Assembly (NCBI GenBank): GCA_963666345.1
Contig: OY762721.1
Location: 416,001 to 480,000, forward strand
Source of the DNA: Desulfatiglandales bacterium
GTDB lineage: Bacteria; Desulfobacterota; DSM-4660; Desulfatiglandales; Desulfatiglandaceae
DNA: 64,000 nt
Reading direction: 5' to 3'
Shown here piece after piece: positions 61,371 to 64,000 of the stretch. Numbering within the stretch: position 1 is the stretch's first letter; each line of letters opens with the position of its first letter. The translations under genes were made by a program, and so were the position numbers. The notes under the pieces were generated by a model. It did not search any database. It was not told the DNA's origin and saw nothing but the letters and a program-made list of their open reading frames with translations.

Positions 61371-63212
61371 TCAATTTGTCTCAATTTCGGGAGAAACAAC
61401 CCCGAATTTTTTCATTTTTCTGAACAGGGTCTTTCTTGGAATACCCAGAATAGCGGCAGCCCTGCTCCTGTTCCAATTGGTATTTGCAAGGGCCTCTTTT
61501 ATCATCATTTTCTCAAGGGATTCAATGGCATCTCGCAGATCCCGGCCCTTTTCAACCGACACCGGATCTCCGGAGTCTTCAAACGCCTGCATGGATATAC
61601 CTTTGCCGATATTTCGCATAAAATCGACCTTTCCAACAGTCAGATACCTGTGGAGCGCGTTTTGAAGCTCCCTGACATTTCCCGGCCAGTCGTAATTATA
61701 AAATGCCTCAAGCACGCGACCCGGGATGTCGGACAGCATCTTTTCCTGGTCCTGCTGCCTTAGAAAATGGTCGATAAGGAACGGGATATCCTCCCTTCTG
61801 CATCTCAGAGGCGGGATGTCTATCGGAATCACATGTATCCTGTAAAAGAAATCGGAGCGCATCAAGCCCCTTTTCACATGTTCATTCAGATTCCGGTTTG
61901 TGGCGGCCACGACACGAAAATCGGATTTTTTCGTCTCAGTTCCCCCCACGGCTGTGTAACCGCTCCCTTCTATCGCGCGAAGAAATTTCACCTGTATAGC
62001 CTGGCTCAGTTCCCCCACCTCATCCAGGAACAGGGTACCCTTATCCGCCAGATCGAGGAATCCCTCCTTGTTTCTGTAGGCCCCTGTAAAGGCACCTTTT
62101 CTGTGTCCGAAAAATTCGCTTTCAAGGAGCTGCTCAGGTATTGCCCCGCAGTTTACAGGAACAAAGGTACCGTTTCTCCGTTCACTCATCTCGTGGATCG
62201 CCTTTGCAACCAGTTCCTTCCCGGTTCCCGACTCGCCGTAGACAATAACACCCGCTTCCGATGAAGCCGCCTGCAGGATAAGCTTGTAGACCTTGTTCAT
62301 GGAACTGCTTGCCCCTACGATGTCCGACAATCGGTAACGATCCTTCATCGAAGACTTCAGCTGAATGTTCTCCCTTTTGAGACGGTTTGCCTCTGCCTCC
62401 AGGGCCTTGACCTGAGATCTGTTTTCGGTAATGTCGATTACTGTGCTCAATACGGCAGGATACCCCTCCCACTGGACACGGTTGGGATGACCCTCAACCC
62501 ATATTTCCCTGTCATCCTTGGTAATGCAGGGCCACCTCAACACCCTCAGATCCGATTCACCCTTTTCAATAGCTCTTATGGTATCCCTGAACCGCCCCTT
62601 TTCATCCTCTCTTATGTTTATTCCCGTGTCCCCTCCTATAAGTTCTTTCCTGTCCTTAAATCCGAATATCTTTGCAAAGGCCTCATTTACAAGCACAAAT
62701 TTGCCTTTTTGCATCAGGGCGACCCCGTCAGGCACATTTTCGGCCAGTATCCGATAACCCTCAAGGGACTGCATGAGGGCGGTTTCAAAATGCTTGAGCC
62801 TTGTAATATCCAGAAACGTCTGTACGGCCCCGATTATTGTCCCGTCGAATTCAAATATAGGGGCGGCGATGAAATGGAGATACCTTGCCTTGCCGCCAAC
62901 ATTGCTGAAAAATCCGCTTGCCTCCCACGCATGGGGAATGATATTTGATCGGGCTATATTTCCATCCCTGTAATGGGTAAGGATACCGTTTCTGTCATGC
63001 TCTACAATGAGGTCGGCAAGAAGCGGACGTTTTTTCTCATAAAACGGCTCCCATTGACGCTCCGTCCCTATCATCACCTCCGCCGGCCTTCCGGTCAGGT
63101 GTTCACAGGCCCTGTTCCAGCGCAATATCTTGTGATCTCTTCCGATCGCAAACTGCGGACCTGGCGAGCATTTTATTATTCCCTGATCGATTACCATGTC
63201 ATCTATTTTCAT
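61371..63212 (-). CDS. PAS-PAS sigma-54-dependent transcriptional activator (Fis-type HTH)
   Basis: Two PAS-like regions, GESGTGKE, GAFTGA, FLDEVGE, WPGNVREL, C-terminal HTH. Confidence 0.96.
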   Translation of the reverse strand: MKIDDMVIDQGIIKCSPGPQFAIGRDHKILRWNRACEHLTGRPAEVMIGTERQWEPFYEKKRPLLADLIVEHDRNGILTHYRDGNIARSNIIPHAWEASGFFSNVGGKARYLHFIAAPIFEFDGTIIGAVQTFLDITRLKHFETALMQSLEGYRILAENVPDGVALMQKGKFVLVNEAFAKIFGFKDRKELIGGDTGINIREDEKGRFRDTIRAIEKGESDLRVLRWPCITKDDREIWVEGHPNRVQWEGYPAVLSTVIDITENRSQVKALEAEANRLKRENIQLKSSMKDRYRLSDIVGASSSMNKVYKLILQAASSEAGVIVYGESGTGKELVAKAIHEMSERRNGTFVPVNCGAIPEQLLESEFFGHRKGAFTGAYRNKEGFLDLADKGTLFLDEVGELSQAIQVKFLRAIEGSGYTAVGGTETKKSDFRVVAATNRNLNEHVKRGLMRSDFFYRIHVIPIDIPPLRCRREDIPFLIDHFLRQQDQEKMLSDIPGRVLEAFYNYDWPGNVRELQNALHRYLTVGKVDFMRNIGKGISMQAFEDSGDPVSVEKGRDLRDAIESLEKMMIKEALANTNWNRSRAAAILGIPRKTLFRKMKKFGVVSPEIETN

Positions 63213-63267
63213 TTTCCGTTATTTCCGTTTTTCTAAAACCATGCCTGCCCTCGAACTGAACAGACAC

Positions 63268-64000
63268 TCATAGTTTTACCATAGCCCTTGAAATCGCTTT
63301 AAGTGTCGTTTCAATGTCTTTTGGACCTATCTTGTAATGTGTCACAGCCCTGAGCGATTTGGAGCCTAGAGCCAGCACGCGCACCCCCTCCTTTTCGAGC
63401 ATTTCAACCAGAAGACCGGCATCCGCTCCATCTTTTGAGATATCAAAAAAGACTATATTGGTCTTGACAGAAGACGGATCAAGCTCAAGTCCCTTGATGC
63501 CTGAAATGCCGAGGGCAAGTTTGTGTGCGTTTTCATGATCCTCATGCAGCCTTTCAACCATCTCATTGAGGGCGACGACTCCGCATGCAGCAAGGATTCC
63601 CACCTGCCGCATACCCCCGCCTACCACCTTTCTGCATCTTCTTGCCCTCCTTATAAAATCCTCTGTTCCGCATACAAGAGATCCCGCAGGCGCACACAGT
63701 CCTTTACTGAGGCAGAATGCGACCGAATCGGCCGGCACAACCAGCTCCTCGACTGAAACATTCAGGGCCTGGGCGGCGTTGAATATACGGGCACCGTCCA
63801 CATGGAGCTTCAGGCCTGTTTCCCTTGCAAAATCTCCCACCTTTTTCATGTAAGAGGGACCCAGAGGTGAACCGTTACACCGATTATGTGTATTTTCAAG
63901 CACTATCAACCTGCTTACGGGGAAATGGACATTCTCCTCCCTTATTGCGTGATCCAGGTCCTCAATCCTTATTTTCCCGTCGGCCTGATTCGGAACGGTA
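63268..64000 (-). CDS. ltaE: Low-specificity L-threonine aldolase (partial, 5' end outside the window)
   Basis: LENTHN, HVDGARIFNA, CLSKGL.AP.GS, GGGMRQ.G; frame open to the window edge. Confidence 0.93.
   Translation of the reverse strand, partial: TVPNQADGKIRIEDLDHAIREENVHFPVSRLIVLENTHNRCNGSPLGPSYMKKVGDFARETGLKLHVDGARIFNAAQALNVSVEELVVPADSVAFCLSKGLCAPAGSLVCGTEDFIRRARRCRKVVGGGMRQVGILAACGVVALNEMVERLHEDHENAHKLALGISGIKGLELDPSSVKTNIVFFDISKDGADAGLLVEMLEKEGVRVLALGSKSLRAVTHYKIGPKDIETTLKAISRAMVKL

Overview
A 64 kb bacterial chromosomal window, most consistent with an anaerobic Desulfobacterota (deltaproteobacterial) genome. This is inferred from gene order and content, not from a search. Bases 1-915 are the right end of an IS21-family element (istA tail, istB, terminal repeats ending in CA). 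About 1-16 kb is an accessory region with small enzymes, an MFS transporter and a 1310-aa exported vWA protein carrying near-identical 261-bp repeats. The most notable observation is two genes that the ORF track truncates at an in-frame TGA: a DsrE-family protein (UxxC) and a probably exported rhodanese (CxU). Both continue in frame to a complete family C-terminus, and both carry a SECIS-like hairpin with a GGUCUG apex starting exactly 22 nt after the UGA, so they are probable selenoproteins. About 16-34 kb is core housekeeping (yceD-rpmF-plsX-fabG-acpP-fabF-rpiB-glyA-dCMP deaminase-nrdR-ribD-ribE-ribBA-ribH-nusB-leuS-lptE-holA, rpsT, murJ), with MITE-like repeats on both sides of ribH. About 34-57 kb holds gltX, a Ski2/HelY helicase, an acyl-CoA dehydrogenase, a tandem-domain CobO, mlaEFDCA, two Hsp20 genes, thrC, rlmH, hbd, dinB, a UbiE-type methyltransferase and a 4-domain S1. 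About 57-64 kb is a sigma-54 activator, a -24/-12 promoter, a TRAP transporter and a DsrH/DsrE/DsrF-like trio, followed by a partial threonine aldolase. No rRNA, tRNA or CRISPR array was seen. All calls come from reading motifs; no database searches were run.
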